A stretch of DNA of 64,000 nt from Acidobacteriota bacterium (GCA_016213725.1 JACQZS010000206.1:11633-75632), one strand, 5' to 3'. Shown: positions 29,096 through 40,028, counted from the stretch's first letter. Notes: a model not told the origin generated them from the sequence alone. Program-made: numbers and translations.

Positions 29096-30437
29096 AGGCC
29101 TCCAGCGCCGCTGTTGCGCGCCGGCATACCTCCGCGTGGCGCGCCCGCTTGTCGTGCTTGAACTTCTTCTTGTCCGCTTCGTCCAACTGCGGCAGAAGAT
29201 CGAAAGCGATGTTCGCCGGCTGGTACTTCTTGGGATCGGCGTGCGCTACATAGTGCGTCAGCGAACCCATCGCCGTCTCGCGCGGCATGGGCTGCGGCTC
29301 TCGCCCCTGCGCCAGCTCCGCCGCCCAGCGCCCGGCCATCAGGCCCGTGGCCATCGATTCGACGTAGCCTTCCACGCCGGAAATCTGTCCCGCGAAGAAC
29401 ACCCGCGGCGTGCCCTTTAGCTGCAGCGTGGCTGTCAGCAGCTCGGGCCCGTTGATGTACGTGTTGCGGTGGATCTGTCCGAAGCGCAGAAACTCCGCGC
29501 GCTCCAGCCCCGGAATCATGCGGAACACGCGCTTCTGTTCCGGAAACTTCATGTAGTTCTGGAAGCCCACCAGGTTGTAGCTGCCTGCGCGCTGGTCCTC
29601 CTGACGCAGTTGAATCACGGCATACGGCCATCGCCCTGTGCGCGGATCGTCCAGCCCTACCGGCTTCATCGGTCCGAAGCGCAGCGTGTCCCTGCCCCGG
29701 CGCGCAATCTCCTCCACCGGCAGGCACGATTCGAAGAACGGCACTTTGCCCTTGCGGATCGCCCGGTCCTCCTCGATGTGCGCATCGGCGCTCTCGGCGC
29801 TGAGAATGGCCTCGACGAAAGCTTCGTACTCCTGCTTTGTGAACGGGCAGTTCAGATAGTCGTCGCTGCCGTCCAGAGACTTGCCGTAGCGCGATGCCGC
29901 GAACACCTTTTCGCGATCAATCGTCTCGGCGTCCACAATCGGGCTGATCGAGTCGTAGAAATACAGCCCGCCGGAGCCGGTCAGCCGCCCGATGTCCTCC
30001 GCCAGCGCGCCGGAAGTCAAAGGCCCCGTGGCCAAAATGACGACGCCTTCTTCCGGCACCGCGCACACCTCTTCGCGCACCACCTTGATGCGCGGCTCCG
30101 TTTCGAGCGCCGCGGTCAGGGCGCGAGCGAACACGTCGCGGTCCACCGTCAGCGCGTGGCCGCCCGGGACGCGCGCCTCCGCCGCCGACAGCATCGAGAT
30201 CGACCCCAGTTTCCGCAGTTCCTGCTTCAGCAGCCACGGCGCCGTGTTCTCCGAATCGCTCTTCAGCGAGTTCGAGCAAACCAGCTCGCCAAAGTCGCCG
30301 GTCTTGTGCGCAGCCGTCTGCTTCACCGGCCGCATTTCGTGTACGATGCAATCAAGCCCCGCGCGCGCGATTTGCCACGCCGCTTCGCAGCCGGCCAGGC
30401 CGGCCCCTAAAACATGAATGGTTGTCTTTGACGCCAA
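29082..30437 (-). CDS. trmFO: Methylenetetrahydrofolate-tRNA-(uracil-5)-methyltransferase
   Basis: GAGLAGCEAA, ELVCSNSL, FGPMKPVGL and AGQISGVEGY.ES motifs. Confidence 0.96.
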   Translation of the reverse strand: MASKTTIHVLGAGLAGCEAAWQIARAGLDCIVHEMRPVKQTAAHKTGDFGELVCSNSLKSDSENTAPWLLKQELRKLGSISMLSAAEARVPGGHALTVDRDVFARALTAALETEPRIKVVREEVCAVPEEGVVILATGPLTSGALAEDIGRLTGSGGLYFYDSISPIVDAETIDREKVFAASRYGKSLDGSDDYLNCPFTKQEYEAFVEAILSAESADAHIEEDRAIRKGKVPFFESCLPVEEIARRGRDTLRFGPMKPVGLDDPRTGRWPYAVIQLRQEDQRAGSYNLVGFQNYMKFPEQKRVFRMIPGLERAEFLRFGQIHRNTYINGPELLTATLQLKGTPRVFFAGQISGVEGYVESMATGLMAGRWAAELAQGREPQPMPRETAMGSLTHYVAHADPKKYQPANIAFDLLPQLDEADKKKFKHDKRARHAEVCRRATAALEAYERA

Positions 30438-30462
30438 GCTCCCTCCATTGTAGGTCTCTCAC

Positions 30463-32286
30463 ATGCGTTTGCCCGCGATCGCCCTTTTCCTGATCTCCAC
30501 CGCATTCGGCCAGGAGCCGATTCGATACACCGTCCGCTTCCCCGCACCCCACACGCACTACCTCGAAGTGTCGGCCTCCATCCCGGTCGAAAAGCCCGAA
30601 GTCGAGATGTTCATGGCTGTCTGGACACCCGGCTCCTACCTGGTCCGCGAGTACTCCCGCAACGTCGAGGCCTTCCAGGCCCGCGACCCTCAGGGCCGCG
30701 AGCTCGCCTGGGAAAAGTCCCGCAAGAACCGCTGGCTGATTCACGGCGCCGGTACGCCGCGCATCGAAATCTCTTACAGGGTCTATGCCCGCGAGCTCAG
30801 CGTTCAAGGTAATTTCGTCGACTCGAGCTTCGCCATGCTCAACGGCGCACCCAACTTTATGTCGCTCGCCGGCGCGGAGAAACGGCCTTACGAAGTCTCC
30901 CTCGTTCTTCCAGGCGCCTGGAAAAAGTCCATCAGCGGCATGCCGGAAGGAACCGCTCCGCACACTTTTCGGGCGGCCAGCTTTGACCAGCTCCTCGACT
31001 CCCCCATCTACGCCGGCAACGCGCCTATCCACGAATTCGAAGTCGAAGGCCGCAAGCACTATCTCGTCAATGAGGGCGAAGGCCCTACCTGGGACGGTCC
31101 CGCTTCCGCCCGCGACGTCGCCAGGATCGTCGCCGAATACAGCCGCCAGTGGGGCGGCCTGCCTTACGAAAAATATGTCTTCTTCAACATGCTCACCGGC
31201 GGCGGCGGCGGACTGGAGCACCAGAACTCCACCTGGCTCGGCGCCAGCCCCTGGGCCTACGGAAACAATCAGGAGACTCCCGACACACCAGGCGCGGCCG
31301 CCGGTCCGCGCCGGCCCAGCCGCCAGAGCTGGCTCGGCCTCGTCTCCCACGAATACATCCACCTCTGGAACGTGAAGCGCCTCCGCCCCGTGGAACTCGG
31401 CCCCTTCGACTACGAAAACGAAAACTACACCCGCAGCCTGTGGCTTGCCGAAGGAGTCACCTCTTACTACGGCCCGCTGGCCGTACGCCGCGCCGGCCTC
31501 TCCTCGCAGACCCTGTTCCTGCGCTCGATCTCCGGCGGCATCGCTCAGCTCCAGACCACACCCGGCCGTCAGGTGACGCCCGTCGAATCCGCCAGCTACA
31601 ACGCCTGGATCGGACTCTACCGTCCCAACGAAAACACCCCCAACGTCTACATCAGCTACTACACCAAAGGCTCCGTCGTCGGCCTGTTGCTCGACGCCAA
31701 GATCCGCAAGGCCACGGGCGGCGCCAAGTCTTTGGACGACGCCATGCGCATCGCCTACCAGCGCTACGGCGGGGCGAAGGGCTACACGCCCCAGCAATTC
31801 CGCGACGTCTGCAACGAAGTCGCCGGCAAAGACCTCAGCGCCTTCTTCCACAATGCCCTGGAAACCACCGAGGAACTCGACTACACCGAAATGCTCGATT
31901 ACTACGGGCTGCGCTTCCGTACGGAACCCGCGCGCCCCGGCTCGTCCCGCCTGCTCACCGGCATCACCGCCGCCAACAGCACCGGCCGCAACGTCATCAC
32001 CGGCCTGCGCCGCGGAACGCCCGCCTACGACGCCGGCTTCAACGTCGACGATGAGATCATCGCCGTCAATGGCTATCGCGTTCGCGCCGACCAGTGGCCC
32101 GCTCATCTCGAAAACTACAAACCCGGCACCACCGTGCAAGTGCTCATAGCCCGCCGCGACAAGCTGATGACCATCCCGCTGACGCTGGCCGCCGACAAGC
32201 CTCAATCCTGGACTCTCGAACCCAAGCCCGACGCGAATGAAGAGCAGAAGGCTCACCTCGCCGCCTGGACCCGCGCGCAGCAGTAG
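30463..32286 (+). CDS. Secreted M61 glycyl aminopeptidase with C-terminal PDZ domain
   Basis: WTPGSYLVREY, GGLEH, HEYIHLWNVKRLRP, LW..EG.TSYY and ISYYTKG. Confidence 0.93.
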   Translation: MRLPAIALFLISTAFGQEPIRYTVRFPAPHTHYLEVSASIPVEKPEVEMFMAVWTPGSYLVREYSRNVEAFQARDPQGRELAWEKSRKNRWLIHGAGTPRIEISYRVYARELSVQGNFVDSSFAMLNGAPNFMSLAGAEKRPYEVSLVLPGAWKKSISGMPEGTAPHTFRAASFDQLLDSPIYAGNAPIHEFEVEGRKHYLVNEGEGPTWDGPASARDVARIVAEYSRQWGGLPYEKYVFFNMLTGGGGGLEHQNSTWLGASPWAYGNNQETPDTPGAAAGPRRPSRQSWLGLVSHEYIHLWNVKRLRPVELGPFDYENENYTRSLWLAEGVTSYYGPLAVRRAGLSSQTLFLRSISGGIAQLQTTPGRQVTPVESASYNAWIGLYRPNENTPNVYISYYTKGSVVGLLLDAKIRKATGGAKSLDDAMRIAYQRYGGAKGYTPQQFRDVCNEVAGKDLSAFFHNALETTEELDYTEMLDYYGLRFRTEPARPGSSRLLTGITAANSTGRNVITGLRRGTPAYDAGFNVDDEIIAVNGYRVRADQWPAHLENYKPGTTVQVLIARRDKLMTIPLTLAADKPQSWTLEPKPDANEEQKAHLAAWTRAQQ

Positions 32287-32442
32287 TTCTCAGTCCCGTG
32301 GATACCGCTTCTGCCCGCCAGGACGGGTACGGCCCCTGCTACCCTGTCAAGTACAGGCCAACTCTCCTCCTGGTGCTTCTGCGTTGAAGGCTGTATCTGG
32401 GCATGCTTCGCCCCAACTCTCTCATCGAAAGGTCCGTCTCTG

Positions 32443-35064
32443 ATGCTTCTCTTTCTCCTCGCCTTTGCACTCACGGGAAAAGTCGTTGACGTTTCCGGCG
32501 CTCCGGTGCCGAACGCAAAGGTTCAGGTGCGCAACGCTTGGCAGGCGCAGGTGGCCAGCGCAGTCTCCGGCGCGGACGGCCGGTTCCACATCGACTCACT
32601 CACGGCCGGCGCTTACCTCGTCCGAGTTGAAAGAGACGGCTTCGCAACCTGGCAAGGGAAAGCCGATCCCTCCACCTCCGACCTCACCATCACGCTCTCG
32701 CTCAGCCCAGTCAGCTCCGAGGTCACTGTCAGTGCCGAGGCCGGCGAAGCTTCTCTGACACTCGAGATCCCCCAGCGCACCAGCATTGTCGGCCGCGACC
32801 TCCTCGATGAGCAGGCCGTAAAGACCCTCTCTGAAGCCGTGGCCGGCGTGGAAGGCGTCTCCGAGCAACGTACCGCGCCCGCCATGTCGTCCATCTTCAT
32901 CCGCGGCCTCACCGGCCGCAATGTCAGCGCCTATCGCGACGGCATCCGCTACACCACGTCCGCCCAGCGCGGTGGCGTCAGCACCTTCCAGAATCTGGTG
33001 GACTCCTCCGGCCTGGAAAGCCTCGAACTCCTGCGCGGCGCCAACAGCGGCCAGTACGGTTCCGACTCCACCGGCGGCGCCATCAACATGGTTTCCAAGG
33101 TGCCGGACTTTAACGCCGCCCGCCGCTTCGACATGCGCGGCGCCACCTTTTATGAAAGCGCCGCCAGTGCCTTCGGCGCCGAACTCTCGCCGCAGTACTC
33201 CACTGACAAGTTCGCCCTACTTGCCAACATCGCCGCCCGCCGTATCAATTCTATCCGCACGGCCCATGGCCTGGATTCCCACGCCGCCGTCACGCGCTTC
33301 CTGGGCCTGCCCTCCGACATCCTGGGCGATCGCCTCCCCGACACCGCCTTCACCCAGTATGGTGGCAGCCTCCACGCCCAGATCCGCCTCTCCAATTCCA
33401 GCCACCTCATCGGCCACTACGAACGCAGCCAGCAGGACGGCGCCAAGCGCTACGACCAGTTGCTGGGCGGCGATGGCAACCTCATCGCCGATCTTCGCAA
33501 CCTCATGCTCGACTTCGGCTACCTCCGCTATCAGCACTTCGGCACTGGACCCTTCCAGCACCTGTCGCTCTCCGGCAGCTTCAACACCCAGCGCGAAGAG
33601 CGGGTCAACCAGGGCGGTCAAGGCAACCCGCGCTCCTCCATCACCCACCAGTACGAGCGCATGAACGTCTGGGGCGTGCAGGGCACCGCCGAACGCAGGC
33701 AGCGCGATCACACCATCACCATCGGCGGCGATACCTATTGGGAGGGCACCGTTGCCCCCGCCTTCACCGTCAATCCGGTCACAAATGTAACAACGCTCTC
33801 CAGGCCGCGCATCCCCGACGGCGCCACCTATCTCAACTACGGCTTGTTCGTCCAAGAGCTGTGGGAACCAGAGCGGGCACGCCGGGTCCGCGTGAGTGGC
33901 GCGCTGCGGTTTGGCGGCGCGAGCTATGAATCGCTCGCCAGCAACAGCCCGCTGGTCGGCGGACGTCCGCTCTGGCCCAACGACTCCATGAGCACCCACG
34001 CGCTCTCCGGCCGCGCCGGCATCACCTTCCGCGCCGCCCAGGCCCTGGTCTTCCATTCGAACTACTCGCGCGGCTTCCGCGCGCCCAACATCACGGATCT
34101 CGGCACCATTGGCGTTCAGGGCAACGGCAACTACGAATCCTCCTACTCCGGCGTCGCCGGCATGGGCGGCGAAGTGGGTGACCGCGCCGACGACAAGGCC
34201 GTCACCACCGGCAAGCCCGTCGCGCCGCTCGAGTCCGAGTTCAGCGACAACGTCGACTACGGCGCCACCTGGACCGGAGGCAAGCTGCGCGTCGGCATCA
34301 ACGGCTTCTGGTCGCAGCTCACCAACACCACCGTCTCGCAGACCCTCATCCTCCCGCAGGGCGCCGTCGGCAAACCCCTCGGCGACCAGACCATCAGCCG
34401 CCAGCTTCCCACCGGCGCCGTCTATGTGCCCGCCGCCACCAACCCAGTGCTGGTACGCGCCAACCTCGGCGGCGCCCGGTTGCGTGGCTTCGAGCAATCC
34501 TTGCGCTGGAAGATCGCCAACGGCTGGACCGTCAATCAAACCTGGACCGCCGTCCGAGCCGCAGACCAGGAGACCGGCCTGCCGCCCGACATCGAACCCG
34601 GCATCCCCGCGCAAGGCGGCCGCCTTGGCCTGCTCTATTCTCCTGAGCGCCATCGCATCTGGGTGGAGGCCTATATGGACGCTGCCGACCGGCAGGACAG
34701 CCTCTCCTCGCTCACCCTAAGCGACCGCCGCAGTGGGGCCGCCCGCTCCCGCACCAACATCGCCAATTTCTTCAACAACGGCGCCGTCGTGCGCGGCCTG
34801 GTGAGCAATGGCATCCTGCTGCCCACAGGTGAAACGTTGGCCCAGGTACAGCAGCGGGTTCTGGGCAACGCAGTCTCCGCTCCCATGTTCACCGCCATTC
34901 CCGGCTATGCCATCTTCGGCGCCCGCATCGGCGCCCCGCTCAGCAGCAAACTCGACGTGATGCTCGATCTCTCCAATCTCACTGACCACACCTACCGCGG
35001 CATCGGTTGGGGCATCGACGGTACCGGCCGCGCGGCGCTCGTCAAGCTCCGCTGGCATCTGTGA
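32443..35064 (+). CDS. TonB-dependent receptor with N-terminal carboxypeptidase-regulatory-like domain
   Basis: G.V.D.SGAPVPNA; plug motifs IRGL and LELLRGANS.QYG...GG.IN; RGFRAPN; C-terminal NLTD..Y...GR. Confidence 0.9.
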   Translation: MLLFLLAFALTGKVVDVSGAPVPNAKVQVRNAWQAQVASAVSGADGRFHIDSLTAGAYLVRVERDGFATWQGKADPSTSDLTITLSLSPVSSEVTVSAEAGEASLTLEIPQRTSIVGRDLLDEQAVKTLSEAVAGVEGVSEQRTAPAMSSIFIRGLTGRNVSAYRDGIRYTTSAQRGGVSTFQNLVDSSGLESLELLRGANSGQYGSDSTGGAINMVSKVPDFNAARRFDMRGATFYESAASAFGAELSPQYSTDKFALLANIAARRINSIRTAHGLDSHAAVTRFLGLPSDILGDRLPDTAFTQYGGSLHAQIRLSNSSHLIGHYERSQQDGAKRYDQLLGGDGNLIADLRNLMLDFGYLRYQHFGTGPFQHLSLSGSFNTQREERVNQGGQGNPRSSITHQYERMNVWGVQGTAERRQRDHTITIGGDTYWEGTVAPAFTVNPVTNVTTLSRPRIPDGATYLNYGLFVQELWEPERARRVRVSGALRFGGASYESLASNSPLVGGRPLWPNDSMSTHALSGRAGITFRAAQALVFHSNYSRGFRAPNITDLGTIGVQGNGNYESSYSGVAGMGGEVGDRADDKAVTTGKPVAPLESEFSDNVDYGATWTGGKLRVGINGFWSQLTNTTVSQTLILPQGAVGKPLGDQTISRQLPTGAVYVPAATNPVLVRANLGGARLRGFEQSLRWKIANGWTVNQTWTAVRAADQETGLPPDIEPGIPAQGGRLGLLYSPERHRIWVEAYMDAADRQDSLSSLTLSDRRSGAARSRTNIANFFNNGAVVRGLVSNGILLPTGETLAQVQQRVLGNAVSAPMFTAIPGYAIFGARIGAPLSSKLDVMLDLSNLTDHTYRGIGWGIDGTGRAALVKLRWHL

Positions 35065-35089
35065 TCGATTACCATAGCGACATCAGGCC

Positions 35090-36454
35090 ATGGAAGGCGC
35101 CAGTGGCAGTTACTACGGTTACCGCATCGCATTTATGCTGGCGATCGTGGGCGTCAATGCGTTCATGGCGGCCGCTGAAATCTCGCTGGTTTCCGTGCGG
35201 CCCTCCCGACTCAAACAACTCGCCGGGGAAGGCCACGTGGGCGCGCAAGCCGCTCTCCTGCTTCTCGCCAATCCGGAGCGGTTGCTCTCCGTCACGCAAG
35301 TCGGCCTCACGCTAGCCAGCCTCGGCCTCGGCTGGCTGGGCGAAGAGACCCTGCACAGGTTGATCCTCTCCATGTTCGGACCCATCCTCACGCCGGCTAC
35401 GTCCGCCGCGCTCAGTATCGTCAGTGTTGTGCTGGCCTTCCTTCTCATGACCTACATGCATGTGGTGCTTGGAGAAGTGGTGCCCAAGAACCTGGCCATG
35501 GACAAGGCCGACCGCGTCGCCGTCATTCTCGCCCCGGTCCTGCTCGTTTTCTACAAAGTGGCCGAGCCGTTCGTCTGGGTCGTGGAGCGCTCCTCCACCA
35601 TCATCTCCAAGCTCATCGGCGTTCACGGCCACCAGCATGGCGCGCACTCCCAGGAAGAACTCAAGTTCGTCGTCTCCGCCAGCCATGCAGCCGGCCACCT
35701 GACGCGCTTCGAGGAAGATGCCATCCACCGCGTGATCGAACTCCAGGAACACAGCGCTCGCGAGGTGATGGTCCCGCGCGGCCAGATGGTCACCGTTAGC
35801 GCAGACGCCGATATCGACGAAGTTCTCCGCATGGCCAGCGAAAGCTGGTACTCGCGCCTGCCGGTCGTGAACCCCGCCGACGAAAACCCCATCGGCTTCG
35901 TCCACGTGAAGGATGTGCTGGCTTTCTGGACCAGCCGCCGCCAATCGAATTCCCGCCGCCGCGCCGTTGAGCCCTTCTCCCTCACCAGCATCTTGAAAAA
36001 GGCGCCCATCGTTCCTGAATCGCGCTCGCTGCACCTGCTGCTCGAAGACCTGCGCCAGCAGCACGCCCACATCGCTTTCGTCGTGGACGAGTTCGGCACA
36101 GTCACCGGCCTCGTCACCATCGAGGATGTCCTCGAGCAGATCTTCGGGGAGATCGAAGACGAGTTCGACGTCAAGACCCTCCCCCCGCCCGAAGAGCCGC
36201 CCGACCTCCTCGAAGTGGAAGGCACTCTGCCGTTGCGCGACCTGGAAACGCAGTATGGCATCGAACTCCCGGGCGGCGAAGAATACCAGACCGTCGCCGG
36301 TTACCTGCTCTTCCGCCTGGGCCATATCCCGAAGGCCGGCGAGAAGGTGGAGTACGGCGGCCGCCGCCTGGAAATTCTCGAGATGGAATTCAACCGCATC
36401 GCCCGCGTGAGAGTGGAGCGGCTTTCTCCTCCGCCCGCTGAGCAACCTCAGTAA
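35090..36454 (+). CDS. HlyC/CorC (CNNM/DUF21-CBS-CorC) family membrane protein
   Basis: AAEISLVS, QVGLT, GEVVPK, SRLPV and VVDEFG...GLVTIEDVLEQIFGEIEDE. Confidence 0.92.
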   Translation: MEGASGSYYGYRIAFMLAIVGVNAFMAAAEISLVSVRPSRLKQLAGEGHVGAQAALLLLANPERLLSVTQVGLTLASLGLGWLGEETLHRLILSMFGPILTPATSAALSIVSVVLAFLLMTYMHVVLGEVVPKNLAMDKADRVAVILAPVLLVFYKVAEPFVWVVERSSTIISKLIGVHGHQHGAHSQEELKFVVSASHAAGHLTRFEEDAIHRVIELQEHSAREVMVPRGQMVTVSADADIDEVLRMASESWYSRLPVVNPADENPIGFVHVKDVLAFWTSRRQSNSRRRAVEPFSLTSILKKAPIVPESRSLHLLLEDLRQQHAHIAFVVDEFGTVTGLVTIEDVLEQIFGEIEDEFDVKTLPPPEEPPDLLEVEGTLPLRDLETQYGIELPGGEEYQTVAGYLLFRLGHIPKAGEKVEYGGRRLEILEMEFNRIARVRVERLSPPPAEQPQ

Positions 36455-37662
36455 GGGCTGATGGAGTGCGGTGTCAACGCCGCGCTGGAGCCCGTCAGTT
36501 TCTCTACTTCCTTGCGCAGCGGCCCCACCGCCTTATCGAACATCATTTTGTATGCCGCGCAGAAGTAGTCCAGGTCTTCAAACTGCTTGTGCACGCCGTG
36601 CCGCGTCTTCGGGCAGCCGCCGTGGCAGATCGCCTGGTACTGGCACACCTGGCACTCCGGATGCGCCAGCGTCTTCTTCACCGCGAACGAGTATCGCTTC
36701 TGCCGCCGCGCAATCTCCGGGAAGGAATCCACCGTGATGTTGCCCAGGCGCCAGTCCTTCTCCACGAAGAAGTCGCACGGATAGACGTCGCCGTTGTACT
36801 CCACCACCACGTAGGAGTCGCACGTCTCGTGCATCGTGCAGGAGCCTGGCTTCTGGCCCGCAATGGCCTCTGCCAGATTGTCGAAGAACCGCACCCGCGT
36901 CTTGCGGCGCTCCGGCCACCACAGGTCGAAGATCTCGCACATGAACCGCCCATACTCCTCCGGAGTAATCGTGAACGGCATCCGCGAGCCGTCCGCGTTG
37001 AACTCCGCCAGCGGGATGAACTGCATGTACTGCACGCCGATCGAGCGGAAGAACTTGTAGATCTCCTTCGGCTTGTGCACGTTCGATTGCGAAAGCACGC
37101 AAAGAACGTTGAACTCCACCCGCTCCTTCTGCATCGTTTCGATGCCCTGCATCACCTTCTTCCACGTGCCATGCCCGGCTTTGTTGAAGCGGTAGAGGTC
37201 GTTCACTTCTTCCGGGCCGTCGATCGAGATGCCGATCAGGAAATTGTATTCGCGGAAGAGCTTGCACCAGTCCGCATCCAGCAGCACGCCGTTGGTCTGC
37301 AGCGCGTTCGATACCGATTGCCCGTTGCGTCCGAAGCGCTGCTGAAACTCCACCAGCTTTTCGAAGTACTTCAGCCCGGCCAGCGTCGGCTCGCCGCCCT
37401 GAAAGGCAAAGGTCGATGCGGGGTAGGAGTAAAACAGGAAGCTGTCCACCAGGCGTTCCAGCGTGTCCAGGGGCATCACGCGCGCCGGCAGTTCCTTGTA
37501 GGGGTCGGCGTCGCGGTCCAGATAGAAACAGTACTGGCAATCGAGGTTGCACACGGCCGAGGCCGGCTTGATCAGCAGTGAACTGATTCGCGGCGCCTGG
37601 CCGGAGATGGAAGCCGTCGAGATCTCACCGGACACAATCGGGAAGGGGGTCCCAGCCGTCAT
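36448..37662 (-). CDS. Anaerobic sulfatase maturase-type radical SAM/SPASM enzyme
   Basis: IKPASAVCNLDCQYCFY, QGGEPTL, QTNG, GDVYPCD and C..C.....C.GGCPK motifs. Confidence 0.9.
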   Translation of the reverse strand: MTAGTPFPIVSGEISTASISGQAPRISSLLIKPASAVCNLDCQYCFYLDRDADPYKELPARVMPLDTLERLVDSFLFYSYPASTFAFQGGEPTLAGLKYFEKLVEFQQRFGRNGQSVSNALQTNGVLLDADWCKLFREYNFLIGISIDGPEEVNDLYRFNKAGHGTWKKVMQGIETMQKERVEFNVLCVLSQSNVHKPKEIYKFFRSIGVQYMQFIPLAEFNADGSRMPFTITPEEYGRFMCEIFDLWWPERRKTRVRFFDNLAEAIAGQKPGSCTMHETCDSYVVVEYNGDVYPCDFFVEKDWRLGNITVDSFPEIARRQKRYSFAVKKTLAHPECQVCQYQAICHGGCPKTRHGVHKQFEDLDYFCAAYKMMFDKAVGPLRKEVEKLTGSSAALTPHSISPY

Positions 37663-37709
37663 ATGCTCTGGAGTTTATCATCCCGGGGCCATTCGCTATC
37701 CTGGTTCCC

Positions 37710-38603
37710 ATGCTGCCCCGTCTCATGGTGCTCGGCGCCGCCCTGCTCTTCTCCACCGGGGGCGCGGCCATCAAGGGCACCGCGCTCACGGCCTGGCAAA
37801 CCGGCGGCATCCGCAGCGCCATCGCCGCGGTCGCGCTCCTGCTCCTGCTGCCCGGCGCCCGCCGCGGGTGGAGCTGGCGCGTCCTGCCCGTCGGCCTCTT
37901 CTATGCCCTCACGCTCGTATCTTTCGTTCAGGCCAACAAGCTCACCACTTCCGCCAACGCCATCTTCCTGCAGTCCACCGCGCCCGCTTATCTGCTTCTC
38001 ATCGGCCCGCTCTTCTTGAAGGAACATCTTCGACGCCGCGATCTCTGGTTCAGCCTGGCCCTGGTCGCCGGCATGGCGCTCTTCTTTACTGGTGTGGAAA
38101 CGCCCGCTGCCACCGCGCCCAATCCCGGCGCCGGCAACCTCTGGGCCATCGCCTCCGGCGCCTGCTACGCCATCACGCTGGCCGGACTCCGCTGGCAGGC
38201 CCATCACTCCGGCCAGCGTGACGCCGCCCTCGCCACCGTCACCGCCGGCAACATCATCGCCGCCATGCTCTGCTTCCCAGGAGCCTGGCCGCTGCCCGCC
38301 ATCCGCCCCTTTGACCTCGCCGTCCTCGCCTATCTCGGCGTCTTCCAGATCGGTCTCGCCTATCTGCTTCTCACCACCGGCATGCGCCGCGTCCCCGCCT
38401 TTGAAGCCTCCACGCTGCTGCTCCTGGAGCCCGTCTGCAACCCCATCTGGACCTGGTTCTTCCACCACGAACAACCCAGCCTCCGCTCGCTCGCTGGAGG
38501 CGCCATCATTCTCCTGGCCACACTGGCCAACATGCTCGCCGAGCGTGCCAGCCCTACTCCAGACCCATCTGCGACAGCCGGTACCGCAGTGCGTTCCGAG
38601 TGA
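37710..38603 (+). CDS. DMT/EamA family transporter
   Basis: About 10 TM segments in two EamA repeats; LLEPV motif. Confidence 0.88.
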   Translation: MLPRLMVLGAALLFSTGGAAIKGTALTAWQTGGIRSAIAAVALLLLLPGARRGWSWRVLPVGLFYALTLVSFVQANKLTTSANAIFLQSTAPAYLLLIGPLFLKEHLRRRDLWFSLALVAGMALFFTGVETPAATAPNPGAGNLWAIASGACYAITLAGLRWQAHHSGQRDAALATVTAGNIIAAMLCFPGAWPLPAIRPFDLAVLAYLGVFQIGLAYLLLTTGMRRVPAFEASTLLLLEPVCNPIWTWFFHHEQPSLRSLAGGAIILLATLANMLAERASPTPDPSATAGTAVRSE

Positions 38604-39942
38604 GCCCCAATAGCCGCGCCGCCTGGCTCTTGTTCCCGCCCGCCCGCTTCAACGCTTCCTTGATCAGGTTCTGCTCGTGCTCTTCCAGCGACTCGCCATC
38701 CTTCAGAAAACCGCCATTCAGAGAGCTGCCGCCGCCGTTCTCCACTCCGTTGGGCACCGCCCGCTTCGGCGCGTGGTCCAGCCGGATGTCGCCCGGTTCC
38801 AACGTCTCGCCCACCGCATACAGCAGGCTCCGCTCCATCACATTCTCGAGTTCGCGCACATTGCCCGGCCAGTGATAGCCCAGCAGCTTCTCGCGGGCTT
38901 CGTCTGAAATTTGTCGCACCGGCGATCCGCTCTCGGCCGCCAGCTTCCTCAGGAACGCCTCCGCCAGCGCGGGAATGTCTTCCGCCCTCTCCCGCAGCGG
39001 CGGAATCGTAAGCGGGAATACGTTCAGCCGGTAATAGAGATCCTCCCGGAAATTCCCCTCTTCCAAAGCGCGCCGCAGATCCACGTTGGTTGCCGCCACC
39101 ACCCGGACATCGATCTGGCGTGTCTTGTTGCTGCCCAGCCGCTCGAACTCGCGCTCCTGCAGAATCCGCAGCAGCTTCACTTGAACCGCCGGCGGCACGT
39201 CCCCGATCTCGTCCAGGAACACCGTGCCGTTGTCGGCCTGCTCAAACTTGCCGGGTTTAGCCGCGGCGGCGCCTGTAAACGCGCCTTTCTCGTACCCGAA
39301 CAGCTCGCTCTCCATCAGGTTTTCCGGGATCGCCGTGCAGTTGATCTTCACAAAGGGCTGCCCGGAGCGAGGCGACTGGTGATGAACGGCGCGCGCGATC
39401 AGGTCCTTCCCCGTGCCGCTCTCGCCGCACAGCAGCACCGTGGTGCGCGCGGGGGCCACCCGCATCACCGAGCCCAGAATCTCCTGCATCTTCGGCCCCG
39501 TGCCGATGATGTTGTCCACCCGGTAGCGCCGCCCAAGTTCGTCCTTCAACCGGACGTTCTCTTCCCGCAAGGATTGTACTTCCAGCGCTTTCCGCACCAC
39601 GGCCATCAGGTGGTCCAGAGAGAATGGCTTCGGCAGGAAGTCCGCCGCCCCTAGTTTCATCGACTCCACCGCCAGCTCCACCGTGCCGAAGGCCGTCATC
39701 ACGATCACCGGGATCCGCGCATTCTGGCGCTGTAGCGCTTTCAATAGATCGATGCCGTCCATGCCCGGCAGGCGCATGTCCGTCAGCACCAGGCCCGCGC
39801 CGCCCGCCAGACGCAACGCCTCTTCGGCACTGCCGGCGCCCACTGCTTCGTAGCCCGCGCTTTCCAGTTGCAGACACACTACGCGCCGCAGCTTGTCTTC
39901 GTCCTCGACGACGAGGATGCGCGTCTTCATTCCCGTTCTCAT
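38554..39942 (-). CDS. Sigma-54-dependent response regulator (NtrC/AtoC family)
   Basis: Receiver domain (VEDE, D..LPGMDG), [21 protein letters not shown] and a Fis HTH. Confidence 0.95.
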   Translation of the reverse strand: MRTGMKTRILVVEDEDKLRRVVCLQLESAGYEAVGAGSAEEALRLAGGAGLVLTDMRLPGMDGIDLLKALQRQNARIPVIVMTAFGTVELAVESMKLGAADFLPKPFSLDHLMAVVRKALEVQSLREENVRLKDELGRRYRVDNIIGTGPKMQEILGSVMRVAPARTTVLLCGESGTGKDLIARAVHHQSPRSGQPFVKINCTAIPENLMESELFGYEKGAFTGAAAAKPGKFEQADNGTVFLDEIGDVPPAVQVKLLRILQEREFERLGSNKTRQIDVRVVAATNVDLRRALEEGNFREDLYYRLNVFPLTIPPLRERAEDIPALAEAFLRKLAAESGSPVRQISDEAREKLLGYHWPGNVRELENVMERSLLYAVGETLEPGDIRLDHAPKRAVPNGVENGGGSSLNGGFLKDGESLEEHEQNLIKEALKRAGGNKSQAARLLGLTRNALRYRLSQMGLE

Positions 39943-40028
39943 GATCGCTTAAGCCCACCCCCTGCGGGGGGCTCAATCATAAGACGGGCTGAATGTCGGA
40001 TGTCGTTGCGGTGAATTTTGGTGAGCGA

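Noticed and set aside
32287-32442. Cobalamin or TPP riboswitch upstream of the TonB-dependent receptor
   Set aside because: Only an extended -10 (TGCTACCCT) and short stems are visible; the region is too short and lacks B12-box or TPP consensus motifs.
30463-37662. RiPP cluster (peptidase + TonB receptor + radical SAM/SPASM)
   Set aside because: No precursor peptide or RRE/PqqD domain seen; the radical SAM is anSME-like and convergent to the other genes.
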